NCBI RefSeq assembly: GCF_001194135.2
Contig: NC_069000.1
Coordinates: 13,048,013 to 13,112,012 of the forward strand
Origin: Octopus bimaculoides
Taxonomy: Eukaryota
Length of the DNA: 64,000 nucleotides
Direction of reading: 5' to 3'
Below the pieces are notes generated by a model that saw nothing but the letters and a program-made list of their open reading frames with translations, was not told where the DNA came from and did not search any database. The position numbers and the translations under genes are program-made. Of the stretch, positions 38,783 through 53,323 are shown piece after piece. Each line of letters starts with the position of its first letter. The stretch's first letter is position 1.

Positions 38783-40956
38783 CTAGAATTCAATATCGAA
38801 GGAAGTTAATCTTCTCATATCATTAAAACATTTAGCCGCGTACAATCATAACTGTATCGCATTTACAGTCAGTTCTCACGTTGGCAACTATTGAATAAGA
38901 CACCACTTTTCAAACGATTTGACTTTTTTCTGGAGGTGAAATTCGTGTAAAAGAAACAACATTCCTTTCAAACTTGCCTGTGAAGTGTTACTTCCCGATC
39001 TTTACACGTTACATAACACTCTATTATTCACTTGTGTTGTGGAGAATATTTTTCATTAATGGTTTTTTTTCTTTAAAAAGATAACTTTTCTTTTCTTTTT
39101 TTTTCTGAGATTCTCTTAAAATTGTCAATTTCTTTAAACATAGTGTCTCTATCATTTTTTTTTATATCCCTTCTTGTTCAAATAGTGACGTTCTAGATGG
39201 TAGTTTTTATGATCTGCAACCGATTCTTTACAAAGAAGACGCAGACATTTTCCATTTACCTCTATGAAAAAGTAATTATCTCTTCATTTTTCCGAAGAAC
39301 AAAGAATATTTCGCCAGCCATTCCCTCTCTTTGATTAGTCTTAGACATTAGAGAAGGAGTTAATTGTATGCACTTTGCAATATTGATTTAAAATACTTAA
39401 TAAAAATAATTAAATGAACTGTAAATGTTAGCAGCATTCAAAATTATTGAACTTAAAAACCGACAACAGAAATAGACACCATTTAAATTCACGCTGTATA
39501 AAACCACTAAAAATAGTTAATGAGAAGGAATAAATGATTGCAGAACGGGGGATTGTGTGAGCATGTGTGTGGTGGTTGTGGGACAAATGCTTAAGTTAAA
39601 TTGGCTGTATTAAGGGTATGGCTATTACGTCATCAATTCATTCGTCTTTCGATTCTTGGTTAATGTCACAAGACAAGTATTATGGCTGAAATAAATGTTT
39701 TAATATGTTATTGATTGTTGAGAGCAATTCATGAATGTTTTGATCTTAAATAATCTTTAACTGAATTTTTGCATATCTTTTCTTAATTATGAAAACTTTG
39801 TCAGCGTCTGACAAAATTTTGCATGCAGATAAAAAGTTCTCTAGTCCTGACGAAGCGGCTTTGTCATTGGCTCGTATTTGGTACAGTTGTAGCGAGAGTA
39901 GAAGAGGAAATAATTATGGTGCTCGAACGGTGTTGTCCCATCGAAATTGGTTCCTGCAGAGAATCAAGACCAGTCTGTATATTGAATTCAATAGTATTTT
40001 ACTATCGCACTCATTCACTCAATATAAAATTAATATACATAGCAAGAATAATAATGGTTCATTTTCCCTTGGCACAAGGCTTACCGTTGAGTAAGGTGAG
40101 TTTGGATAGAGAGTGTGTCCTCTAGGGGTAACGCTTTTAAATGTTTTGCATTTCCTCTGGTTGTTTACGATCTTAGTTCAAATCCCGCAGAGGTCGATTT
40201 GCCCTTTCATAACTTCAGGATCGAAAAAAATTAAAATACCAGTCAAGTACTAAGAGCAATGAAACCGACTTGCCCCTCCCCCTAAACACTTTTCGACTTT
40301 TGCCAAAAATTGAAAGAAACATCACCATCATCGTCACCATCATCGTCACCATCACTGTCATCATCATGATCATCATCATCATCATCATTATTATCATCAT
40401 CATCCGCATCGTTCTTGCATTCGTTGCCTTCGTCTTCTTAATCATACTCTAAGCAAATGCAGTGAAGAATTCTTATTCAACGAAGTCTGCGGCAGATCTG
40501 TTCCTGTCTAGATGGCATCTATGTAAACACTGGGAATCGTCCTGACCCCGCCCCCAGTTACTTCGTATTATTATAACCCATAAGCCTGAAAGTTTTCAGC
40601 TCTAGTAATCCAATTAAATCCATCATATGTAATAACAAAATATAACAGGTTTCGAATGTTTCTGACCGTTAAAAACCGCTAAAATAAAACTTAAACAAAA
40701 AAATATATAAATAGTAATGTAAATATAATTCAAATATGTCTATGGCGTGTGACGATATAAGAGAGAAATGATGTAGCTTATGTTGTTTGTTTTAAAGGCA
40801 AAGTGAATTCAACTTTGTATTCAATATTTGATTTAGAAAAGGGGAAAGAAAAAGGAAGTGTTTTGACTCTATACAAGTGTTGTATTCAAAATATTTGTGT
40901 AACCGGACTTCAGTAGTATAACAAAAATTTATAGTTTACCATTAGTATTTTATCAG

Positions 40957-40995
40957 TTAATGCGATGGTTTGTACTACTAGAAGAAAGGAACTCG
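40957..40995 (+). other. Candidate 39-nt symmetric micro-exon
   Basis: tattttatcag acceptor and TCG|gtatgt donor. Open in two phases (LMRWFVLLEERNS or NAMVCTTRRKEL). Confidence 0.2.
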
Positions 40996-41354
40996 GTATG
41001 TCAATATGAAGCATGAATAGGTATAGATTGTGAAATTAACTGACTACGATCAAAATTGTTCTTGTCGAGATAGCAGTCCAATGAATATGTCATCTTTCTG
41101 AAAGTGACAGCTTTTACATTTTAGCTTCGTAACGTCTAATGAATTGTCACACGATGACGTCTTAAAGTAATTATTCATTGTTTTATATTACCTAATAATT
41201 AACATTGAGAATGAATCGTTTCTTAATGAGTATAAAAATATATAGCAGAATTACTTATTAAGAATTTTAAAGTATAAGAGAAATATATCGTAATTGAATA
41301 TTTATTGTCCTATTTATGAGAAAAGAATTTAATATTTTATCTAATAATTAACGC

Positions 41355-42130
41355 CGAAGAGCAGGCAGAATCGTTAGCACGGTGGGCAAAATGCTTAGCA
41401 GCATTTCGTTCCGTCTTTACATTCCGAGTTCAAATTCCGCCGAGTTCGCATTTGCACTACATCCCTTTTAGGGATCGATGAAATGAGTACCAATTGGGTT
41501 GATGTAATCTATTTATCCCCTCTCCTGAACTTTGCTGGTTTGTGCCAGAATTTGAAACTAATATATTATCTAATTAAGCATAATGAACTGGGACAGCATG
41601 CTTTGCGGCATTTCGCCCGTTTATCAATTCTGAGTTCAAATTCTGCAGTGGTTGACTTTACAATAAAATACGTACCAGCTGAACACTGGGGTTGATGTAA
41701 TCGACTTACTTCTCTCCGAAAATTGCAGGCCCTGTGCCAGAATTTGAAACTAATATTTTTATCTAATTAAGACAGCGAGCTTGCTGAATTGTTAGCAAAC
41801 CGGACAAAATGCTTTGAGGCATTTCGTCCGCCCTTACGCTCTGAGTTCAAATTCCGCTCAAGTCGACTTCGACATTCCTCCATTCGGAGTCGAGGAAATA
41901 GGTACCAGTCGAGCACCATCACTACCAAATTTCAGGCTTTGTTCCAATTGCAGACATGGATATCATATCTAAAGTGAATGGATTTGCAGTGAAAAACAAA
42001 AAACAAAAAAAAACAACGAGGCTAAAAGTTTTAATTACTGAACTATTTATCGTCTATGTTCGGAGTTCAATTTCTGCTGATCCTAACTTTATTCTTTCAT
42101 TCTTCCTGGGTCAATAGCATAAATGGCAAA
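41355..42130 (+). mobile_element. Cluster of 3-4 same-orientation SINE family B copies
   Basis: Repeated gagttcaaatt(c)cgc B-box segments at about 41425, 41630, 41843 and 42062. Confidence 0.75.
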
Positions 42131-42625
42131 CAAGTATTTTTATCGTATTCAATGGTTATAAATTTATATTTTCATCTATGTATTATAATCAATATTTTAT
42201 CTATAGCAAGTGACTTTCGCTTCAGTCAGCAGAGGTTATCTTCATCGTTGATTGTGAACATGATTGATTAAGATAATAATTGACGGTGATAAGAAACAAA
42301 ATAAAAGAGGATAAAAACGAAACGTTATTAGCGGAAAGTTAATTAAAATAGATTAATTAATGCCAGGGGCCTGTAAAACTCGTGCTACTAGCTTACTGCA
42401 TTGTTACTACTGTTTATAAAGTATATCTATCTATCTATCTATNNNNNNNNNNTATACATGTACGTATGTATGTATGTTTTATGTATGTATACATGTATAT
42501 GTAAATATATATGTACGTATAATGTGTATGTACGTATATATGTGTGTGTATACATTTGTATGCATACATGTATGTATGTTCTTATAAAAGTGCATATGTA
42601 GTATATGTGTGTGTGTGCGTACATG

Positions 42626-42664
<39 letters not shown>

Positions 42665-44120
42665 ATATATATATATATGTATGTATTTATATATATATTT
42701 TTTTATACCAAAAATTAGGCAAAAATATAGTATCTGTTGACAAACTTAGCAAAATACTCACAATTGAGTTTTTGTATATATATCGACTTTAAAGAGAGCT
42801 CAAAACTGATCCATTGAAAATACTTTATTATAATGATAATAACAATGAAAATGGCCTATGATCATTTCTATGCAATATCCAGATCGATTCGTGCATATTA
42901 TAAAATAATATAAAATATTATAAAACATGGGATACTAGATGTAGTATCTAGTATTATTGTGTCATTAAATAGGTGAAAGATAGATCAGACAAAAGACAAA
43001 CCACCTAAAGAACTAAATAAAATAGAGTATTTAGTTTCATCTTCGATTCCAAGTTGAATTTCAACCGTTGTCAATTTTAGACCTTGCTCCAGAATCGATT
43101 CAATTAAATATAAACCTCTCTTTATAAAAGTTGTGTTTGAGCGTCTTTCGATGCGAATTTATAAAAGCTTTGTTTCAAATCTATACTACCGTTGTGCTAC
43201 GACCTACGTAAGATAGGCTTAAATGTATGGAAGAAAATCAAGAGCATAATCTGCTATGCACACCGCGTTTATGTTATTCGTAAATCAAATGACAGATAAA
43301 CAATGCAATGATGTATTTTAGATTTATCATGCGTATTATTTATATTGTTTCTAAGAAAAGTGACTGGGAAATATGTATTTTAAATCACTGCATTTACTCA
43401 AGTATAAAAAACATCCCACTTATTTTTCAGTTATGAAGTCGTTTGAAATAGTACAAAAGTAATTTAAGGTACCCTCAACCAGTTGATGAAAATTTAACAT
43501 TTGTTTCAGTAGATCAATTTTGTATTTTAAGAAACCGTTTTGATGCTGGAATATATGAATCTTACGAATCTTATGGCTGCCAAATTTTGTAGATAATTTT
43601 GTCAGATAAATTTTGCTATATTTCTTTCTTTTCCTGATCTCCCATCCTACAATTATTTTAGTATCATTTGATTGTATATGAAAATATAAAGCAGGATTAG
43701 TTCTCTTCACAAACCATTAATGTTTCTAATGTCGAAAATGTATCTTTTATGGACAAGTAAGTTACTGTGAATTATGACATTTACTCCTCCTCCTCTTCCT
43801 CCTCCATCCTCCTCCGCAACCTTCTTCTTCCTCTTCTTCTTTTGTTTCTTCTCATTCTCTTTCTCTTTAAACACTTCGCATCAGAGATACATCTCACAAT
43901 ACTACGCCAAGAATCTTTGCTATTTCCTTCAATTTCAAGTTGTCAGTCTCTCTCTCCCACCCTCTCTCTCCCTCTTTCTTCCTATCTCTCTCTCTCTCCC
44001 TCTCTGCCAATAACATTAATGTATCTAAGTGACTTTCGCTCTTGTATTAGGGTGCGGGAATCTCCAAAATATATTTCACTGTTTCTCTGTTGGAGAAGTT
44101 TCATCATAGTTTACAATACA

Positions 44121-44290
44121 GGCGCAAGTGTGGCTGTGAGGTGAGAGACTTGCTTCCTATCTACAGGATTTCTAGTTCAGTCACACTGCGTGGCACCTTA
44201 GACAAGTGCCTTCTGCTATAACCTCGGGCCGACTAAAATCATGTGAGTGGATTTAATAGACGGAAACTGAAAGAAGCCCGTCGTGTGTAT
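44121..44290 (+). mobile_element. SINE family A, 5' half
   Basis: ggcgcaagtgtggctgtg...ggaaactgaaagaagcccgtcg. Confidence 0.8.
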
Positions 44291-45405
44291 AAGGCCAGCA
44301 ATTTTGGGAGACGGGTTAAGTAGATCATATCGACCCCAGTGCTCATCTGATATTTATTTTATCGACCGCGAGAGTTGATACCGGTGGAATTTGAACTCAA
44401 AACGTAAAGACGGAGGAAATGCTGCTGAGCAGTTTGCACGGCGTGTGCTAACGATTCTGCCAGCTCGACACTTAAGAGGAAGCTTGTTATATTAAAAAAG
44501 GACAGCGCTGAGTGTGTTAAATGCGTGTGATATCAAATCGTCGGTTACATCAAATAAAATGCCGAATCGTCACCGCTGGCAAAAAAGGAGGGAGTGTATT
44601 TACACTAATTACACAGCCTAATTGAGCAGAAAAAGGAGAAAGGCGGTACAGTGGTCTATGTAATATCATCAAAAAGACGATTCGAGCCTGCGTAAACGTT
44701 TCTTTGTTTCTTTGACACGTTACCTGATTTCTGACAGTTTTAAAGATGCAAGATGAAGATTTTGTGAATTTATCCATCCATAAACACTTAGAAACAAAAA
44801 CACTCCTATGTCTTCTATAGTTAATCATCCAGATAGTTACATAGATGCTCATACATAATTAAATTGTGTGCGTATATATATAAATACATATATATATNNN
44901 NNNNNNNNNNNNNNNNNNNNNNNNNNNNNNNNNNNNNNNNNNNNNNNNNNNNNNNNNNNNNNNNNNNNNNNNNNNNNNNNNNNNNNNNNNNNNNNNNNNN
45001 NNNNNNNNNNNNNNNNNNNNNNNNNNNNNNNNNNNNNNNNNNNNNNNNNNNNNNNNNNNNNNNNNNNNNNNNNNNNNNNNNNNNNNNNNNNNNNNNNNNN
45101 NNNNNNNNNNNNNNNNNNNNNNNNNNNNNNNNNNNNNNNNNNNNNNNNNNNNNNNNNNNNNNNNNNNNNNNNNNNNNNNNNNNNNNNNNNNNNNNNNNNN
45201 NNNNNNNNNNNNNNNNNNNNNNNNNNNNNNNNNNNNNNNNNNNNNNNNNNNNNNNNNNNNNNNNNNNNNNNNNNNNNNNNNNNNNNNNNNNNNNNNNNNN
45301 NNNNNNNNNNNNNNNNNNNNNNNNNNNNNNNNNNNNNNNNNNNNNNNNNNNNNNNNNNNNNNNNNNNNNNNNNNNNNNNNNNNNNNNNNNNNNNNNNNNN
45401 NNNNN

Positions 45406-45935
45406 TCGCGAAATGATGAAAGACAAAGTCGATCTCGGGGGAATTTGAACTCAGAACGTAAGGACGGACGAAAAGCTCGGCATGCTAAAGATTTTGCTAA
45501 CTCCCGCCTTAGGTAAGGTGCAAAAATATAAGGAAGATACGAATTAATATTTCATTTATTGAAAAGCAGATGAGCTGGCAGAATCGTTAGCATGCCCGGG
45601 GGTCGGGGTGAAATGCTTAGCAGCATTTCGTCCGTTTTTACGTTCTAAGTTCGAATTCCACCGGGGTCTCCATTAGCTTTTGCTAATATTTGAAACCCGT
45701 AGGGCGGCGAGCTGGTAGAATCGTTAGCACGCCGGGCGAAATGCTTAGCGGTATTTCTTCTGCCGTTACGTTTTGAGTTCAAATTCCGCCAATGTCTACT
45801 TTGCCTTTCATTCTTTTGGGGTCGATTAAATAAGTACCAGTTACGCACTAGGGTCGATGTAATCGATTTGATCCTTTTGTTTGTCCATATTTGTCCCCTC
45901 TACGTTCAGCCTCCTGTGGGCATTAAAAAATAAAT
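45406..45935. mobile_element. SINE family B cluster (- copy 45406-45512, + copies 45563-45680 and 45700-45935)
   Basis: Direct sequence match to the family. Confidence 0.8.
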
Positions 45936-46048
45936 ATTTGATACCAGTATTCTATTTACCGGCACTTCAGGTTTATACTTTATTGCGTGTATATATATGT
46001 GTATATATATATATATGTATATGTATGTGTGTGTGTGCGTGTGTGTGT

Positions 46049-46133
<85 letters not shown>

Positions 46134-46802
46134 AACTCTGTAACTTAATGTAGTCCATAACAATTTGCACTTGCAATTACGTTATCTGCGTAGTATTGTT
46201 TCATTTGTCACCATGGTATATTGTAACAGCTATATCATTATATATTTTTACAGCTATTTAAGTGATCCTTATTAATTTATCTTGCTAGAAGTACTTACGT
46301 GCATGTATGTTTTCTAATACTCTGAAATAGTCTTGCACTAAATTTTCATATTTGATTTTCAGTGTTCATACACATACATATATGTATACATGTATGTATG
46401 TATGTATGTATGTATGTGAAAAGTGAAAATCAAAGGCGAAAATGCAGTGATCGGTCTTCTCAAATATCTACAAAATCATAGCAGTTTAGTCACTGTGGTT
46501 TCATAGGAAAGGAACACACACATACATAGATACAATAATACAGGTAGATGCACACACACACACACACGCACACACATGTGTATACAGGCATAGCCATGCA
46601 CTTATACTCTTAGCCATTGAACATGAACCTACTTTACGATTCATCTAATAATTTATTCCGTTCATTGACAAATGGACTGTCCAAAATGAAATATAGTCGT
46701 TTTGTTTATCAATTTTATTTTTCTACCGCTGGACATTCGATGACCATTTCGCTACTCACGTTACTCCTCTATGACAACACACATCAATATTTGCATCGAT
46801 CA

Positions 46803-46886
<84 letters not shown>

Positions 46887-47743
46887 CCCTTGTCTATTTG
46901 TCTGTCTATTTTAGTCTGTCCCTTTCACCCCTTCACTCTCTTGTTCGATCGTTGTTCCTCTCAATGTCGCTTCATCCAACTGTCATCTATATAAAGTTGG
47001 CCTAATATCCCACGGGGGCTTAAACAGTTCTCGATATTTTATAACTAATATCCTTGTGGGGACCCCTAAAATTTAACTTTTCATAAAATAACGTATATGG
47101 GGCTTTCAAATAACAGAGAAAAGAGAAAGCAGGGAGCTTTAAATTTAAGCTATGAAAAATTCTTTACGTCTTCTTATTAATAAATATGAAAAAGTTTCAT
47201 ACCCTGAGTGGGTCTATCGCAATTTTCAATCAGATCTTACTAGTATTTAATACACACGTGTAAAATATTATGCTTTTGCGCGCATGCGTGTGTGTGTGTG
47301 CACGCGCGTGAGGAAGATGAAGCGAAAGAGAGCGAGACAGAAAATTTATGAACTCTTATTATATTTCATATAAACAGTCGTAAGTAGTCTCAGGATAAAT
47401 ACTTGACAAAGAAAACAAAGTTAGAAAGTGCCTTTTCACTTCAAACTTCGCATGTAAACATCAATCCAAAACATCGTATCAAGTTTTCTGCCTTCATATT
47501 TATCACACCCGAGAGTCTTACAGTGATACACCTCTTTCAATCAATGATAGTGCTACTCTTAGTAAGTAATATGATGGCCTTACCAATTTTCTTAACGCTA
47601 AATCCATGTTGTTGTGCTTGCTGTTCTTGCTGTTCTTGTTGTTGCAGGCATTTAGCCCCAGATCAGTTTTGAATGACGTGAACTACCGGCAACCATACTA
47701 TCTTGTTCCTTGGCACAGCCAGGACCGGATTAAAACCCATATA

Positions 47744-48212
47744 GCGTGCTAACGTTTCTTATTTCTTTATTGCCCACAAGGGGCTAAACATAGAGGGGAC
47801 AAACAAGGACAGACAAAAGGATTAAGTCGATTACATCGACCTCCAGTGCGTAACTGGTATTTTATTTATCGACCTCGAAAGGATGAAAAGCAAAGTCGAC
47901 CTCGGCAGAATTTGAACTCAGAACGTAATGGCAGACGAAACACCGCTAAGCATTTCGTCCGGCGTGCTAACGTTTCTTATTTCTTTATTGCCCACAAGGG
48001 GCTAAACATAGAGGGGACAAACAAGGACAGACAAAAGGATTAAGTCGATTACATCGACCTCCAGTGCGTAACTGGCACTTAATTTATCGACCCCGAAACG
48101 ATGAAAGGCAAGGTCGACCGCAGCGGAATTTGAACTCAGAACGTAACGGCGGACGAAATACCGCTAAGTATTTCGCCCGGCGTGCTAAAGTTTCTGCCAG
48201 CTCACCGCCTTA
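47744..48212 (-). mobile_element. Tandem duplication of SINE family B (~218-nt period)
   Basis: gcgtgctaacgtttcttatttctttattgcccacaagggg... at 47744 and 47962. The junction truncates the SINE head. Confidence 0.9.
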
Positions 48213-48884
48213 CTTAGATAAAGTGTTAAAAGAAGACTGCATGACGATCATGCCTCTCCCGAGAACACCAACACAATAAATGGCACGACAATTTTGTATC
48301 TTTTTTAAACAATTTCTTTACACTTCTTGTTTTCATTGTCTCTTCCTCAATCTCTGTCTTCTCTCTTTCTCTCAGTCTCTCTTCGCAAGTCTTCACTTAT
48401 CCTTTCCACTTCTATGTCTGCCCCTTTCTTCACACTATTTGTGTTTTTCTTGTTAGTCTGCACAACGTCTTTTTCAAGTACATCCTTTTATATTTTGCAT
48501 TTTTGGTCGGGAAAAGAAGCGCAAATCCCATTTCATCTTACGTATTTTAAAACTAAACATTTAACCAGGAAATATTATATACTTAGTCGCTCTACTGTTA
48601 TATCACACATATAGTGTGTCTATGCGTGTGTATGTATATATATGTATATATATACATACATAGAAAAAATACCTTTTTGCTGATGGTGAAATTCCACAGA
48701 AGGCGTCTTGGATCAAGGTTAGAAACCAATTCTTTCTCTGTTGGCAAGAAATCCTGAAATAAACTGAATAATGACATACATACATACATACATGCATACA
48801 TGCATACATACATACATACATACATACATACATACATACATACATACATACATAGATTCATACATATACACATCAATACAAGTA

Positions 48885-49130
48885 TATAACCTCGTTGCAT
48901 TAAGGAAGAATATGCAGGTGACTGGGATACCGTACCAATATGGAAACAAAAAACAAATGCGGTTGGAAAAAAAACATTGCATGATAGGGTAGACATATTG
49001 AATGGAATTTCATACTGAGAATGGAATGAAGAAACCATCAAAATACTTAGAGACAAGCGGTAAATATGCCAAAAATGTGAAGAATGAAAACAAGAACAAA
49101 CCTGAGTGTAAATGAGAGGCTTGAGATAAT
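48885..49130 (+). mobile_element. Degenerate RTE-like LINE fragment
   Basis: Broken frames ALRKNMQVT..., WNFILRME resemble CLRKIL.V.W...WLGH.LRME. Confidence 0.3.
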
Positions 49131-49959
49131 TAAGGGAGGTAGGAAATCCGGGGCCCGGAACATTCCAACAAGCATCTCCTTTTGTTGCCAGCCCCCAATT
49201 TCTAACTATATGTAGTGCTAGCATACACATTTTTTGTACGATCTGATATCCGCTAAAGATATAAACACGAAATGATATCCAAGCTAATAACGATATCATA
49301 TTTAAAGTCTCTAATAATGGCTTTTATTTCTGGAATTACAGATGAGCAGATGAGTTTCAGCTCACCCCTGAAGAATTGTGTTTGTTTATACTGAGACAAA
49401 TATCTTAGGCGGGATCTCATTAGGTTTAGCATCATTACCAGTTTTGATTTTTTTTTTTTTTGTTCCTTTTGACATAACCCATTCGCCCTCCACTAAAAGA
49501 AGAATAACAATAAGAACATCTACAGCAAAATAAAAAATACTGTTTCCTTAACCCACAAAACAATGGCGTCAAAGTTTTAAGTGTTGAAACTTTGTGCGTG
49601 TTACATTAAATATTCGCCTGTTCAACGCTAAGCAGCGCACAAAATGTAACAATGTTAAGGAATATGAACTCGAGCCAATGGCTGTGACAGAGAATAATAA
49701 TTACAGGATTTTATAGGATTTTCCAATAAAGACTGACCGTACTATTGAAGCAGGAAGGGCATATATAATTATAGAGAATTAAAAAAAAAAGAAAAGAAGA
49801 GAAACAGAAGGAAGGAAAGAAACGGTGGAAGATTTACAGATTTTGCAACACCATATGAAAAATAGAGCAGATATCAAATAAATAGAAAACAGATTGGCGG
49901 TGCTCCAGCATGGCCACTGCTTTAGAACCGAAACGTATGAAATAATAAAAGAGTAAAGA

Positions 49960-50170
49960 TATGGACGTTGCAAAAGAGATGAAGGAATTGTGAAAGACTA
50001 AGACAAGTATTCCTATGGTTGGTGGTGAACCTGGTACGATACATAAACTGCAGCGAAAGAGATTGAATAATATTGGAACTGAGACACGCATTGTCGACCT
50101 GCAAAAAAATGTTGTCTTGTATTCTGCTCCGAAATATGAATTGTTGGAGGAGTTTCGCAGTCATTTATCT
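49960..50170 (+). mobile_element. Degenerate R4/Dong-type C-terminal fragment
   Basis: DMDVAKEMKEL*KTKTSIPMVGGEPGTIHKLQRKRLNNIGTETRIVDLQKNVVLYSA. Confidence 0.6.
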
Positions 50171-50316
50171 ATGTTGTGAAGGGAAATTGATAAGTGTTGG
50201 TTGGCTTACGTTCCTGTTACGTAGTGGCTCGGCAGAAGATACTGATATATATGTACATATATATATTTACATACATATATATACATATATACATGTATAC
50301 ATACACACACACACAA

Positions 50317-50375
<59 letters not shown>

Positions 50376-51582
50376 NNNNNNNNNNNNNNNNNNNNNNNNN
50401 NNNNNNNNNNNNNNNNNNNNNNNNNNNNNNNNNNNNNNNTATACATATATACAGATATATATACATATATACATATATGCATATATATATTTATACATAT
50501 CTATATATACATATATACATATATATACATATATATTTATACATATACATACATATGCATATATATACGTATATATATATATATGTAAGTATGTATGCAT
50601 GATTGTGTGTTTATATGTATGTTCGTATGATTGTGTCTGTATGTATGTATGTATGTATGTATGTATGCATGTATGTACGTACGTATTTATGTATTTATGC
50701 ATGTACGTATACGATGTGCCGTGCATTAGCAGTTCGGCAAAAAGATATCAATATACTCAAAATATCATAAGGTACACTAAACTCTTCAAGGTGCTGCCTC
50801 GGCGTGTCCACCTTGATCTATCGGTTAATACAAATATTAGAATAGACGAACGTACCTTCTTTCCATCAACAATCCACTTTCCCCACCTTTAACCAATGAA
50901 CCGCTTTCTCAGGCGATATAGACTTCGTCTTCTCAAATATGCGCTCACTACTTCCATTATTGCTCCAATAGATTCATTACTATCTGTAATCATTAGTATA
51001 TAAACTTGAGTCAGTATAGACTTAACTTGTACTTACAAATAATCTCCATTTGTTTGTATGTAACCAGCCCCCTGAAGCTTTCATTATTGCTAATATAGTC
51101 TCACCCTGCAGTAACAACATTCTTTATTTTAAAGGTTTCTTATACACTCATTAATCATTCGTTCAATCTCCTATGGCTTCTACCTCCCGCTGTACACGTC
51201 TAGAAACAGCATCAATCTCTCTACGGCAGTGTAACAGGTTTTTCGCTACATACAATGCAATTCAAGGTTTCTTTATTAACTGAAAACGAATCAGTTCAAA
51301 TAGCTTTTTTCATTTTACCTTTTTATAACCCTTTAACGTATTTTATCTCTTGCAACTCTTTACAACTTTGCAACTTTTCTATTTTATTATTTTATTAAAT
51401 ATATTTTCCATTATATTCCCACTTACATGTCTGTAAGTATGTACGAATTTTGTATTGGTTTCGTTTATCAAATTTCTGGCCAATAAAGAAAAAGAACTGG
51501 CTTTCAAGCCGAAAGCAAAGATTTTTTCATTCGAACTTAGACATGGACTTCGTAGTCAAGTATATGACTGTGAACGTGTATG

Positions 51583-51646
<64 letters not shown>

Positions 51647-52945
51647 NNNNNNNNNNNNNNNNNNNNNNNNNNNNNNNNNNNNNNNNNNNNNNNNNNNNNN
51701 NNNNNNNNNNNNNNNNNNNNNNNNNNNNNNNNNNNNNNNNNNNNNNNNNNNNNNNNNNNNNNNNNNNNNNNNNNNNNNNNNNNNNNNNNNNNNNNNNNNN
51801 NNNNNNNNNNNNNNNNNNNNNNNNNNNNNNNNNNNNNNNNNNNNNNNNNNNNNNNNNNNNNNNNNNNNNNNNNNNNNNNNNNNNNNNNNNNNNNNNNNNN
51901 NNNNNNNNNNNNNNNNNNNNNNNNNNNNNNNNNNNNNNNNNNNNNNNNNNNNNNNNNNNNNNNNNNNNNNNNNNNNNNNNNNNNNNNNNNNNNNNNNNNN
52001 NNNNNNNNNNNNNNNNNNNNNNNNNNNNNNNNNNNNNNNNNNNNNNNNNNNNNNNNNNNNNNNNNNNNNNNNNNNNNNNNNNNNNNNNNNNNNNNNNNNN
52101 NNNNNNNNNNNNNNNNNNNNNNNNNNNNNNNNNNNNNNNNNNNNNNNNNNNNNNNNNNNNNNNNNNNNNNNNNNNNNNNNNNNNNNNNNNNNNNNNNNNN
52201 NNNNNNNNNNNNNNNNNNNNNNNNNNNNNNNNNNNNNNNNNNNNNNNNNNNNNNNNNNNNNNNNNNNNNNNATATATATATATATATATATACATGCACA
52301 TACATATTAACTTGTGGTGACGAATGAAATGGCCAGTTTTCACGTGCGTGCATAAAAATTCGAGAAAACAAGAGGAAACTATTGGAAGGTGAAAGATATA
52401 TTTATGACATGAAGACGTGAAAAAATCAAGACACAGTAGAAAGAGAATGGCGATTGCAAATCACTGAAGTTATTTGCAAAGTTACCTGAATAATACAGAA
52501 AACAACAAAAAATTTCTTCGTATTGAAATTCATTGTGTTGGTGGTTTTACTGTTTCTCTGTTTCACTTCATAAAACAGTCAGGAGGAAAATTATATATGA
52601 TATATGGACCTTTTGATAGTTAGATAGGAATTATATATATTTGTATGTATACATATGTGTTTGTGTGCATGTGCGGAGAGTATATGAAGGCGTGTGGCCT
52701 GGTGGTTAGGCTGTTGCATTCACGATCGCCAGATGGGGGGGGGGGGGNNNNNNNNNNNNNNNNNNNNNNNNNNNNNNNNNNNNNNNNNNNNNNNNNNNNN
52801 NNNNNNNNNNNNNNNNNNNNNNNNNNNNNNNNNNNNNNNNNNNNNNNNNNNNNNNNNNNNNNNNNNNNNNNNNNNNNNNNNNNNNNNNNNNNNNNNNNNN
52901 NNNNNNNNNNNNNNNNNNNNNNNNNNNNNNNNNNNNNNNNNNNNN

Positions 52946-52982
<37 letters not shown>

Positions 52983-53005
52983 ATGTGTGTGTACTTATGC
53001 AAACA

Positions 53006-53323
53006 CAGGCGTGGTTATTAAATAAGACCACATGGTTCCAGGTTTTGTCTTTCTTGTGCAAAGTGTCTTATGCTATAGCCTCGGGCCAACTTGTGCTTGA
53101 AATAGGCATCCGAAAACTGAAAGAAACCCGTGTCCTTGTTTCTGTGTCTGTCCCCCACCACCACTTGACTGCCGCTGTTTGTTTGTTTACGTCTCCTTAA
53201 TTTATCGTTTGGTCTAAAAGAAACCGATAGCATAAGTACAAGACTTCGAAAACAAAATGAGTACTGAGGTCGATTCATTCGACTAAAATTCCTCAGCATG
53301 GCCACAGTCTAATGAGTGAAAAG
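53006..53323 (+). mobile_element. SINE family A, degenerate
   Basis: accacatggttccagg...tatagcctcgggccaac...cagcatggccacagtctaatga. Confidence 0.75.

Noticed and set aside
39789-40125. Two overlapping ~100-aa ORFs
   Set aside because: No recognisable domain, no convincing donor, and the 3' end runs into a SINE.
43420-43710. 96-aa Lys/Ile-rich minus-strand ORF
   Set aside because: Composition follows AT-rich DNA, with no motif or splice support.
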